A stretch of 63,402 nt of DNA, the filler included, from Lenisia limosa (taxonomy: Eukaryota > Protista > Breviatea), in the NCBI GenBank assembly GCA_001655205.1. It is 13 parts of 13 records of this genome, joined end to end, with 100 filler letters (N's around TTAATTAATTAA, not from the genome) between each part and the next. Parts side by side here need not be neighbours in the genome. Positions count along the whole stretch, not along the records: positions 36,277 to 38,378 come from LPNZ01007709.1; positions 38,479 to 40,480 come from LPNZ01009970.1; positions 40,581 to 43,392 come from LPNZ01006785.1; positions 43,493 to 45,119 come from LPNZ01002302.1; positions 45,220 to 46,346 come from LPNZ01004805.1; positions 46,447 to 48,164 come from LPNZ01006742.1; 7 more parts are not named here. One strand, given 5' to 3'. A program made the position numbers and the translations under genes. Of this stretch, positions 36,277-46,469 are shown in pieces. A model generated the notes under the pieces. It saw nothing but the letters and a program-made list of their open reading frames with translations. It was not told the DNA's origin and did not search any database. Every line of letters starts with the position of its first letter. Within the stretch, counting starts at the first letter, position 1.

Positions 36277-38218
36277 GACGTTCTCCTTTCTGTCACATTG
36301 CCCACGACTAGCCCTGTCCTAACTGCGATTACTCCCGCACCTCCCCTGCAGACTTCTGAGGCTTTCTTACCCCCCGATGGCAAGCTGAAGTTCCAAGTTT
36401 GAGGAGAGGTTGTTTTTTTGCTATTTATTGTGTTTTTTTTTCGGTTAAGACTTATACCAGTCACTATATAGTAGATAGAAGATACATAGTTTATGTTTGA
36501 TTTATCTCCTCAGGTGAGCTTCATGATTCCCCCTCAAATGGTAACGAGCCAACTGGCCATCCAAACCGAGGTAACTTCCCCTACGTTTGACGATGACATT
36601 GCAAACAACTACTATGGCGTTTCTCTGCCCATTGTGGCGGACAGCGCTTTTTTCGTTCAAATTACCGGACCTTCTACGGTGCGGGGGGGAGGGGTGTATT
36701 ATTTTTAATGTTGTTTATAATATACTCAGAAAGAATGGTAACATAAGTGACTGATCGGTTTTCCTTGGGAAATCATATAGCAAATCCGTCAAGACGTATC
36801 CCAGTCACTGTATATATACTTATGAAATAATCTTCCTTAACAAACGTCCTTGGCAAAATACGAACTAAGGTGGTATTCTTCCTTCACCTTCGCTCAGACC
36901 ACCATCGGAGAGCTCAGTAGCTTTGTTGCCACGATTGCCAATGACGGTCCCTCTGCCGCCACCAAACACTCTCTGGAATTGCTTGCGACTGGCTGCAGTA
37001 TCACGGCCTATTCGGGTTGGAGGGAGAATAAGGAACCAATGATGTTGGGAAGAGTGGTAAATGATTCCATGTTCACGGGATGGGATGCGATGCTGCAGAA
37101 GCGACTGTCCTGGGCTTCTTTATTTTAGTTTCACAAATTTTCCAATTTACCCCGCTCAAGGCCCCCTCACTTGCACGCGCACATCATCACGCGTCACGTG
37201 CGACTCTGTCAGCATGGCTCCCTCTGACGTTTCAAGCTTGGTGCTGACCATGGACCCAAGCCAGTCTAGTGCTGATGTGGGGGGTCATAATAGTCTAGTG
37301 CTGATGTGGTAGTCTAGTGCTGATGTGGGGGGTCATAATTGTATATCTACTAGCATGTATAAAAGTTTATATTTTTGAAATGGTGGATTGTCAAGTAGCT
37401 AGCTTCTGTATTTATTTTACTATTACTTTTAATGGATCTCTGAATTATCTTGTTCTTCCAATCAAAAGGGATTTTGCCTTCTTTAGAGCTTCACTTTCGG
37501 TTCCCAAAAAGACTGAATTCTCAAATAACTGGATAAATCCTCGATAAATTCCCAATAAATCCTCAATCCTTGATAAAATTCAATATTTTATCTGAACCGA
37601 AAGCCAAGCTCTTTGTTGTTCATATTTAGCTCTTTTCTTTCCTGCTATTTAGTTGTTAATTTCACGGTAGTGTACACTGGCGTTCGACACCTTGAATGAA
37701 GAGAGCGACGTTGTGGCGTCCACGTCTTTCACTGCTGAAAACACTATGGTAAGAGAATGGATGGCTTTAGAATCTCCTGAGGAAAATGCTAAATTATCAA
37801 AGAAAATGAGTGGACACATTTTAGGTTTTTGAGCATAATACCATGGGAGTCTAGGAGTCGGAAGTACCGCTGACAATTCACACCTCATATTGACATACAG
37901 CTCTCTTTTTTTTATTTATTTCATTATTTTTATTAATTTTTGTTGAATTTGTTCGGTCTTGTTCGAGGCTTTTTTTTCTTCATAAATTTTCCAATATACG
38001 TCACTATTTCGNNNNNNNNNNNNNNNNNNNNNNNNNNNNNNNNNNNNNNNNNNNNNNNNNNNNNNNNNNNNNNNNNNNNNNNNNNNNNNNNNNNNNNNNN
38101 NNNNNNNNNNNNNNNNNNNNNNNNNNNNNNNNNNNNNNNNNNNNNNNNNNNNNNNNNGTGCGGGCGAAGTGTTCACTTTCACCGCTGTCATCCCTCAGAC
38201 CGGTCCTTCGCCTGCAGG
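36277..38218 (+). CDS. DUF11-like Ig-fold repeat cell-surface protein, internal fragment
   Basis: Exons ...TEVTSPTFDDDIANNYYGVSLPIV, TTIGELSSFVATIANDGPSAATKHSLELL, GPLTCTRTSSRVTCDSVSMAPSDVSSLVLT and GAGEVFTFTAVIPQTGPSPA. The G..v.ft.ti.N.GPs.A and D....NN motifs are DUF11-like. Confidence 0.68.
37105..37160 (+). repeat. Family A element 3' half forming an intron acceptor
   Basis: GGGCTTCTTTATTTTAGTTTCACAAATTTTCCAATTTACCCCGCTCAAG, followed by the exon. Confidence 0.65.
37484..37610. mobile_element. MITE family B (TAGGGCTTCAC...GTGAAGCCCTA ends), degenerate
   Basis: TAGAGCTTCACTTTCGGTTCCCAAAAAGACTGAATTCTC...GATAAATCCTCGA...GAACCGAAAG; shares the AAGACTGAATTTCTCGATAAATCCTCGA core with other copies. 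Confidence 0.6.
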
Positions 38219-38499
38219 TAGGGGTATTTTGTTATACATGTAAAGTAGTAAACGGTAGGGATAGGCCTTTTTCACCCGATGCGGTGTTGAAGGCGACTGG
38301 CCTGAGCTTTCTTTTTTTTTTGTTGTTCTCAACCCTGTATTGTCAACCAAAAGTGACTTTTGCTTTTTTTTTTTTTTTNNNNNNNNNNNNNNNNNNNNNN
38401 NNNNNNNNNNNNNNNNNNNNNNTTAATTAATTAANNNNNNNNNNNNNNNNNNNNNNNNNNNNNNNNNNNNNNNNNNNNCCCCTCCCCCCATATTATAAT

Positions 38500-40480
38500 G
38501 TTCACCCAGCCCGGCTTCCTGCCCTAGGCTTTCCCACACTTATAGCATGTATTTCGGTCAACATTCGAGGTGGAGCCCCCAGGAGCCACTCGAGTACTGA
38601 GTGGAGTGGAGCACTTTCGATACTTTGGAAAAATATGAACATTTTTACAATGATCATTATACAATACCATATCATACCATTTCATAGTCCGATTCAGTGA
38701 CCTTCTTCAGCCCGAAAACAAAAACTGCTGCAGTGGTGCCCACAAACACCACTCTGGGGGGGGGGGTGAGTAAAACAAAAAAAAAAANNNNNNNNNNNNN
38801 NNNNNNNNNNNNNNNNNNNNNNNNNNNNNNNNNNNNNNNNNNNNNNNNNNNNNNNNNAAAGATACTCACCCAATGATATGATATACATGTAGAAGCCAAA
38901 TCTATTCAACATACATTGAGCATGTGATGTAGTATATCATATCATACAACCCCCCAATATAGTCATAAAAGTCTCTCCCCTAAAAGTCTCCCCCCCCCTC
39001 AGAATACAGTAAAAGGGCAACTAGATGCTGTATTTTCTGCTCCTTCACTTCCGCCCGTGCCGCATACGTCACAATTGGCGTGGTGCTTACAGGAACTATG
39101 GGGGAGGAGATGATAAGGGTTGGAGAGTTTTCGAGGGCTTATCTAAATGTATCGAGAAAAACAACCATTTATTGTAGAACTTTAAGAAAAAGAAATGAAG
39201 AAATATTGATTGTGTGTTGTACGTCATTTTGAACAGAAATTGAATCACTAAAATGAAAAAACCCATAAAAGCCTTACAAAGATCCCACTATCAATGGCTA
39301 TTTTGGCCAATGTAAAGTCCATCACTTTGTCTGTGTAAGAACCTGAGGAAACTCCGAACCTGTGGAACGTCAGATAGTTTCATGAATCCATACATAACAA
39401 GAATCATAGAAGTGCAGAGATCCCGACCTCAACCCACTCGTTATTAAGAGGCATTTTTGTCAGTTCATCAAGGAAGATCAAACTGTCACCCTAAAAAGGA
39501 AGCTTCCTCAAGTACTGACAAAAAAAGAAGCTTTCTAAAAGAGAAATGTGAAGTAGTAACCAAAAATGTCAGATTATTTCTTTTCTTTCATTGATCTCCT
39601 CCCCCCCCCCCCNNNNNNNNNNNNNNNNNNNNNNNNNNNNNNNNNNNNNNNNNNNNNNNNNNNNNNNNNNNNNNNNNNNNNNNNNNNNNNNNNNNNNAAC
39701 TTGTCCATTCTGAGGTGAGGAGTAGTAAATACGAATTACTAGACAAAAGAGAGGAACAGAAGCCTAAGATAACACAAAGTATCAAATAGTTACGAACCAT
39801 TGAGAAGGCCCATTCTTTTCTCCATGTTACGCCCGCCCCATTTTGGGCTTAATTATACATAACTATGATATAGGTATATGTACTACATGTATATACAGTG
39901 ACCCGGATAAGTCATGACCGATTTGCCGAATGATTTCCCCAAGGAAAATTGGTCAAAACTTAGACCGGTCACTGAATATTTTTCACGTGACCCCCCTCCC
40001 CTTACACGTGATAGAAGACCTGATTGACCCCCTCCCCCCCTTACACGTGATAGAAGACCTGATTGGGCAGGCTGTGGGAGTAGGTGAAGGCCCTAATAGT
40101 GTGGTCGGATGCCACGTCGTCAACATCTACCGCGTTCTTAAACAGTAAAAAACGTAGGATGTTGAAATTGGAGAGCAGAGGGAGTAAAATTGGAAAATTT
40201 CTGAAACAAGAAAACCCAAGTCAACGCTGTTGGCTGACAGCACACGAGGGTTGAGAACAACAAAACAAACAAAGCCCAGGCCAATCGCTTTTGCAGCACT
40301 GCTTTTTTTTCGAACAAGAGAAATAAAACACATAAGATATCTAGGGAAACAAATAAATACAGCATCCCATCACTAAACGAACTAAAGTCCCCCCCATACC
40401 CCGAGAGATGAATCGTCAAATTGGCTATCCGCGTGGAAACTGTACTCCTTTTCATACTTTGTGCCTACTGGCCTGCGGGG
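38500..40480 (-). CDS. Hypothetical multi-exon gene fragment
   Basis: Exon-like blocks RRPVGTKYEKEYSFHADSQFDDSSLG, NAVDVDDVASDHTIRAFTYSHSLPNQ, VTVLIFLDELTKMPLNNEWVE and VVFVGTTAAVFVFGLKKVTESDYEM, with GT/AG ends; bounded by joins. Confidence 0.45.
39896..39974. mobile_element. MITE family C, complete copy
   Basis: TA-CAGTGACCCGGATAAGTCATGACCGATTT...AAATTGGTCAAAACTTAGACCGGTCACTG. Confidence 0.75.
40170..40290 (-). repeat. Family A element, near full length, in the sense orientation of a minus-strand host gene
   Basis: The reverse complement reads CCTGGGCTTTGTTTGTTTTGTTGTTCTCAACCCTCGTGTGCTGTCAGCCAACAGCGTTGACTTGGGTTTTCTTGTTTCAGAAATTTTCCAATTTTACTCC. Confidence 0.8.
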
Positions 40481-40678
40481 NNNNNNNNNNNNNNNNNNNN
40501 NNNNNNNNNNNNNNNNNNNNNNNNTTAATTAATTAANNNNNNNNNNNNNNNNNNNNNNNNNNNNNNNNNNNNNNNNNNNNTCACATCAATATCTCAATAC
40601 AGCAATATGTGCGTGCCTCCCCCCCTCCTTTTTTTTTTTTCTCGGTCTTGCTTTCCATTGACTTCCCCCCCACTCCAG

Positions 40679-40904
40679 GTCAGATACGTTGCTACTGAGT
40701 TTGGTGTTGCTGAGCTTTACGGCAAATCCCTCCGCCTTCGCGCTAAGGCACTCATTGGTATGTATTGTTATTTTAGAATCAACGAGTACTGACTATTCTG
40801 GGGGAGGTCAACCTGATGATTGTACTAACACACCAGACATTGCCCACCCCAACCACCAGGAGGAGCTTTCCAAGCTTGCCTTCGAGCGTTTTGGAAAGTT
40901 CTAG
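40679..40904 (+). CDS. Acetyl-CoA hydrolase/CoA-transferase (4-hydroxybutyrate CoA-transferase/ASCT-like), C-terminal two exons
   Basis: VRYVATEFGVAELYGKSLRLRAKALI|DIAHPNHQEELSKLAFERFGKF* carries the classic VTEYGVAELRGKSLRERA..LI.IAHP.FREEL motif. Confidence 0.9.
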
Positions 40905-41161
40905 ATGATTACGGCCGCAGCTTGCATATACGTCTACGAATATACCTACTTTCTTTCTTCATTTGTGCGGAGTTGTTTAAGTGGAATAATGATTGGCCTT
41001 TTACACCAACACGAACTTAGAATTGCCACAATGTTGACTTCTTTTTATGTAATATAAGGTGGACCCCCTTTTTTAAAAATTCTAACAGTTGAACCCAGTT
41101 TACACCCAGGAAAATGGCTTTCAAAAACGAAGAGAATAAATAGTGAGACGTGACGAACATA

Positions 41162-43392
41162 TTAGGGTGTAGGCATAGCAAGCCAATTGAGTTGATTTCC
41201 GGCCTAGATGGTAATGGGTATCGAAATGAAATCTCCACGCTTTATTCCTTATTCTTCAAAACGTAAACATGCTAACCTTGAATGCCCCAGAACCAAAGAA
41301 CCGGAATGTAAACCGATCAGCATAGACGTTTTCAAGAGCTTAATAGTAAAAATGAAAGTGACAAATATTCTCTTAAAAACAGAGAACTCCGGATCATATC
41401 ATAGTATGATATGATAATTAACAACCTACTGCAGTAAACAGGGCCGTTGTTCTCCACAATTTGAAGCACAACAACAGGAGGGGTCGTATACGCAGTGGGG
41501 AAGAAAACCGTTGTCTAGGGGGGGGGGTAACCGAAGAAGGGTAGAAACCGAAAAAAACCAAAAAAACCCCAACCAAAACCAAATATTCAAATGTGAAAAT
41601 CAAAAACAACAGATCATTCTAGTCAAAATAGTGTGACCCCCCCTACTGCAGTTGCACCTCCGGCCGAATTATCAACATCGAGGCTTCCTACCTTACCAAC
41701 CTGCAGTGGTGAGATGGAATGAATATAGCAGATCCAAGAGTTCGATTTAAACAGCATCAAACCTGAACACCCTTTGCGAGGGTATGAGCAAACATCGGGT
41801 CAATTGCAAGCCAGTACATATTGCCAACCCTAAGAAGCGTGAAGTAGCGCTTGAAGTCAGCCGTCTGGTGATTATCAATCAACTAATAATTGAGGCTTTA
41901 TTCAACATTTTAAGGGCTGTAAAATTGTTAACGACGAGGGAATAAAACACAAATAATATCCTCAAGCAAAGGTGGGAACATACCCTGGTGATGAGGTAGA
42001 GTGGGTGTAGCACCGAGCGGTAATACCCACTAAAGAAAGGGTGGAAATCCGGCACTAAATACAAATAAAATCACATCCATACCTCGTAAGCAATCTTATC
42101 AGTTCTTGACATCAATAGTCTCTTCAAAAAAAAAAAAAAAAAAAAANNNNNNNNNNNNNNNNNNNNNNNNNNNNNNNNNNNNNNNNNNNNNNNNNNNNNN
42201 NNNNNNNNNNNNNNNNNNNNNNNNNNNNNNNNNNNNNNNNNNNNNNNNNNNNNNNNNNNNNNNNNNNNNNNNNNNNNNNNNNNNNNNNNNNNNNNNNNNN
42301 NNNNNNNNNNNNNNNNNNNNNNNNNNNNNNNNNNNNNNNNNNNNNNNNNAAGGAAGTAGTACGGCGTGTTATACATGTTGCTTGACAGGGATACCGTTCC
42401 AACGGCGGCTGAGGGTCAAAGTTATAAGAGGGTAGAAAGACAACGGGCTGATACACTTGAGCGTGACGATACCGACTTTTATAGGGATAGGGATGCGTTG
42501 TTAATGTCTAATTATCCTAAAGCTTACCGATAAAGTCGGATGTCAGAGCAGTTGTACCAGCTTCTACCCCCTTGATTGTTTGAGTGAAACATGTGAGGTT
42601 AAATCATTTTACACGTTCACGATCAAGAAAATAAACCAAGAAAAATGCCTCATGTAACATATCCACCAATTTTCCAGGGAATGAAACTTACTGGAATCTG
42701 GCTGTCAGCGCGAATGGGGAATGAAATTGCAGAGGCACGAGAGGGAGTGATGGCACCTTTCGAATGAACAATAATCAGTTATTTTTGCGTAGCAAGGATC
42801 AATTATTCGCTTCCAATTTCAAGAGAATTAAGCGACAAATCAGAAATATGGCTGGTCAAAACAAATGGGTTTATCTGAACAAAGCATTCCAAAACGCGAA
42901 AGCATCAATGTTTTAAAACAAAAAATATGTAACTCAGTTGAACAGTTTCTAGAACCTCATCATACCGGTGTAGTCACGCGAGTAAATATTCATTGTGCTG
43001 TTGCCAGTGGGATCTCCCAGAGTAGCGCTACATTGGTAAAACGATATCTTATAAGACTGAGGGTTTCCCCAACGATCATAAGCCAGTCACTGGAGTTTTG
43101 AACTCAAAATGAGCCCCCCCCCCCAAACATGCAGCCATATGATCCCGAAGATACGCACGATGGGAAAACAGCCTCATTGGGATTGAATTTCATAGAGCTT
43201 CGAATTGCGGGGGTCTGCTGAGTTGGAAGAGGAATCTCCATCAAACACATTTCAAGTTTGAGAATGGAACATTGTGTAAGATTTACACGCAAACTACTGA
43301 ATTTTCAAGTTTGAATAATCTCATCGTATACTCCTGTATCCCCCCCCCCCACAGCAGCCTCGTAGGCGGTGAACTTGTTAGGCTTGCGCATT
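41162..43392 (-). CDS. Multi-exon protein with a C-terminal H-type-lectin/gp53-like beta domain, 5'-truncated
   Basis: Final exons: VGKVGSLDVDNSAGGATAV|TTVFFPTAYTTPPVVVLQIVENNGPVYC|TLENVYADRFTFRFFGSGAFK|AGNQLNWLAMPTP*. Upstream exons include VTGYDRWGNPQSYKISFYQCSATLGDP. Middle phases are not fully resolved. Confidence 0.5.
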
Positions 43393-43492
43393 NNNNNNNN
43401 NNNNNNNNNNNNNNNNNNNNNNNNNNNNNNNNNNNNTTAATTAATTAANNNNNNNNNNNNNNNNNNNNNNNNNNNNNNNNNNNNNNNNNNNN

Positions 43493-43620
43493 GCCCAGAA
43501 TCAACTCTGCTGGCTTTATATTTGGGAAACACACAGAACAAAACAACAAAGCCCAGGCCAGTCGGTGAGGGGGGTTCAAAACAACAAAGCCCAGTCCAGT
43601 CGGTGAGGGGGGTTCAAGGA
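43493..43620 (-). repeat. Family A element with an internal tandem duplication
   Basis: GCCCAGAATCAACTCTGCTGG plus AAAACAACAAAGCCCAG(G/T)CCAGTCGGTGAGGGGGGTTCAA twice; downstream of a minus-strand ankyrin exon. Confidence 0.7.
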
Positions 43621-43667
43621 GGAAATTTTAGTGATTGATATTATTGGGCGCATATTGTTGAACCCAA

Positions 43668-43743
43668 AAAAGACTGAATGTCTCGATAAATCCTCGATAA
43701 ATATCGATATTTTACTGGTATTTTTCGGACCGTTGTGAAGCCC
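43668..43743. mobile_element. MITE family B copy
   Basis: AAAAGACTGAATGTCTCGATAAATCCTCGATAAATATCGAT...CGGACCGTTGTGAAGCCC. Confidence 0.65.
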
Positions 43744-43774
43744 AAGCACATACAGACGAGCCAGAGGAACATAC

Positions 43775-45119
43775 CTGATTTGTTGTGAAGAGAGAAGGTA
43801 GGCTTGTACTCCAGGATAGAATTGATCATTTCAAGGGACTTTTCCTTTGTTGCTGTTTTTGACACCAGAGTGTGGTGTAGAATGGTACGACCTTCAACAT
43901 CTGAAAAGTTATCAACTCAATGATAATTTTGAATTGAACTGAACTGAACTGGCCCCACCCTGATCGTCCACCACGGCGCCTGCAGCAAGGAGGCCTGCCA
44001 GGGACTTTGCGTCTGCCTTTGATGCGGCGTAGTGTCCAGCAGTCATGCCTTGTTTGTCCTGGGCAATGAAAAATGCAACTAATGGAATTTGTTGAAGACA
44101 AAACACAAGTACAACAGAAAAATAACTACCGGATCGGACATCACATTCTCCAGCAACAAAGCCAAGACCTGCAGACCTTTACAGTGGGGTCGGCCTTAGC
44201 CTCGAGCAGCAACGGAACCACGTCAGGTGCCATCATTTTGACGGCGAAATGCAGAGCGGTCTGGCCTTCCACATTCGGAACGTTGGTATCTACACGTGTA
44301 AAGGCCGAATGATATTCAGGTTTATCCCTCTAGACCTCCTCCTATTCCTCCCTTCCTTTCTCTTCCCCTCTCTCCTTGCTCCCACTCTCGCCTATCGTGA
44401 CATTTACGTTGCGTTTAACTCAGCTCTTCATTCAGAATCAACCCCATTGAAGGGTTTATTCCCCAAAGTGTTAGTTTTCACTCCGTGTACAAAGCTTTCA
44501 GGGCGCGTATCCACCAAGCACTGATATTGACCTTATATTAATTCCCCGCTGGCATCGCCATGATTCTGTTGGTAGCACTTCGGTTCAAAAAATACTGGTA
44601 AAATATCGATAATTTTCGAAGATTTATCGAGAAATTCAGTCTTTTTTTCGAACCGAAGTGAAACCCTATTTGTAGCCCAGGATCATCAACCCCCGCATAC
44701 TGACGCCCTCCTGAGCGAGCAAAATGGCGCAGACGTCGAGATCGTTCTTGGAGGCAGCCAGGAGGAGGGCAGTGTCACCGTCATGCGTTGTGACGTTGAC
44801 GTTGGACCCGCGTTCAAGGAGAAGTTTGACCAGCTCCGTGCGACCGAACATACACGCTACGTGCAGGGCAGCCTGGGGTGTTAGTACGTGCTTAATGCCA
44901 ATAACATCTCCTCTCCCCCTTATACGCCTCCCCAGGGCTTTTTTTACAGGTATAATATACACTGACCGGGAAAGTCTTGACCGATATCATATGGATCTCC
45001 TTCGTGAAAATCGGTCAAGACTTATCCCGGTCACCACTGTGGACTAACCCCCCTCCACCTTTCCACGCTTGTCCTTGGTATCCGGAGAGGCGTTGTGCTC
45101 AAGAACCGCGGCCGCAACC
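43775..45119 (-). CDS. Ankyrin-repeat protein, internal fragment
   Basis: DKRGK|AALHVACMFGRTELVKLLLERGSNVNVTTHDGDTALLLAASKNDLDVCAILL|NVEGQTALHFAVKMMAPDVVPLLLEAKADPTVK|DKQGMTAGHYAA|DVEGRTILHHTL. Confidence 0.9.
44573..44668. mobile_element. MITE family B copy
   Basis: CACTTCGGTTCAAAAAA...TTTATCGAGAAATTCAGTCTTTTTTTCGAACCGAAGTGAAACCCTA; intronic. Confidence 0.75.
44960..45034. mobile_element. MITE family C copy
   Basis: CACTGACCGGGAAAAGTCTTGACCGAT...ATCGGTCAAGACTTATCCCGGTCAC hairpin; intronic. Confidence 0.75.
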
Positions 45120-45264
45120 NNNNNNNNNNNNNNNNNNNNNNNNNNNNNNNNNNNNNNNNNNNNTTAATTAATTAANNNNNNNNNNNNNNNNNNNNNNNNN
45201 NNNNNNNNNNNNNNNNNNNAAGGAATCATATGGACTTAGCAGATGTTATGATATCTCCCAACCT

Positions 45265-46100
45265 GCTGTGGTGTCTCCTCTTCAACAACTTCCTCAGGAA
45301 CTTCATCAAAACCAGAAGCTATGATGGGTTAGAACGGCAAAATTGTATCAAGCTGTGGGCCACCTGTAGTCACGTTGTAGAATATGATCATCAAAGAAAA
45401 ATCCTGGATTGGTACTGTTTTACTATCAGAAGAGATTCCAATCCGGTATGAAGGAAAACGATATCAATATTAATATTACGACTACCAAGAAAAAAATCGG
45501 ATGGTATCGAGAATTTACCTCAAAAAAATAAAACTCAGTACATCTCCCCCCCCNNNNNNNNNNNNNNNNNNNNNNNNNNNNNNNNNNNNNNNNNNNNNNN
45601 NNNNNNNNNNNNNNNNNNNNNNNNNNNNNNNNNNNNNNNNNNNNGCGAGCAGAACGCCGACTTCGTGGCTGTTGTATTCTGGGAGGAGTGTAACAGAGAA
45701 AATTACGATGAAGAATATTGAGTAAAATTGGAAAATTTAAGAAACAACAAAAGCCCAAAATCAACTCTGTTGGTCACAAGAGGATGAGAACAACAAAACA
45801 AAGCACTCCATTACTCCAACGTAAGGGGATGGGGGAGTAAAACGAAGGAAATTTCGATAAAGAATATTGGCGTAGGTAAACGAAGAAAGTTTCGATGAAG
45901 GGGTGATTGTCTGATAGATTACTCCGAGAAATTCAGTCATTTTTTGAACCTAGGCGAAGCCCAGGGGTAGAGGGATATAAGCTTGCCATCCTCAACCGCG
46001 TACCCTGCAGCGGAAGGGACCGACGAGTGGCGTATCTCATTGAGAACTTGGTCAGGGATCCTGCAGAGTAGACGTTGGGGTCTGAGGTTCGGAACTGGTG
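45265..46100 (-). CDS. CFAP61: CFAP61 (cilia- and flagella-associated protein 61)-like fragment
   Basis: Exons 46100-46004 and 45678-45645 give HQFRTSDPNVYSAGSLTKFSMRYATRRSLPLQ|EYNSHEVGVLLA, matching CFAP61 NFHTNDIAIRAAGSLTKFSNRYY...NFSSKEIGFQLA as recalled. Confidence 0.72.
45715..45800 (-). repeat. Family A element in a CFAP61-like intron
   Basis: The reverse complement reads TTTGTTTTGTTGTTCTCATCCTCTTGTGACCAACAGAGTTGATTTTGGGCTTTTGTTGTTTCTTAAATTTTCCAATTTTACTC, about 40 nt from the acceptor. Confidence 0.8.
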
Positions 46101-46469
46101 CTGTTTAAACGGATTTATCCATTTGAGGTTGAATTTCTCTTTTTATTCAGAGTTACACCGTGTAAAGCGGGTTTTAGCTGGGGCTTGGTAAATATTACCC
46201 CAATAATCGTTGATGAAATCCCGCTGAAAAGAGTCTGCATACAAAGAGCTAAAATCCCGCTCAAAAAAAATGTAAATTGGCATAAAAAGAGCTAGCCCCA
46301 AATCCAGGGCTTTGGTCAAAAAGAGCAAAAGTTCCTGATAACAAAANNNNNNNNNNNNNNNNNNNNNNNNNNNNNNNNNNNNNNNNNNNNTTAATTAATT
46401 AANNNNNNNNNNNNNNNNNNNNNNNNNNNNNNNNNNNNNNNNNNNNAAAAGTTTGCCACCCCCCCCCCC

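Noticed and set aside
39588-39800. MVRNYLILCVILGFCSSLLS as a signal peptide start
   Set aside because: Upstream minus-strand exons (40480, 40135, 39850) suggest this stretch is intron following a donor at about 39797.
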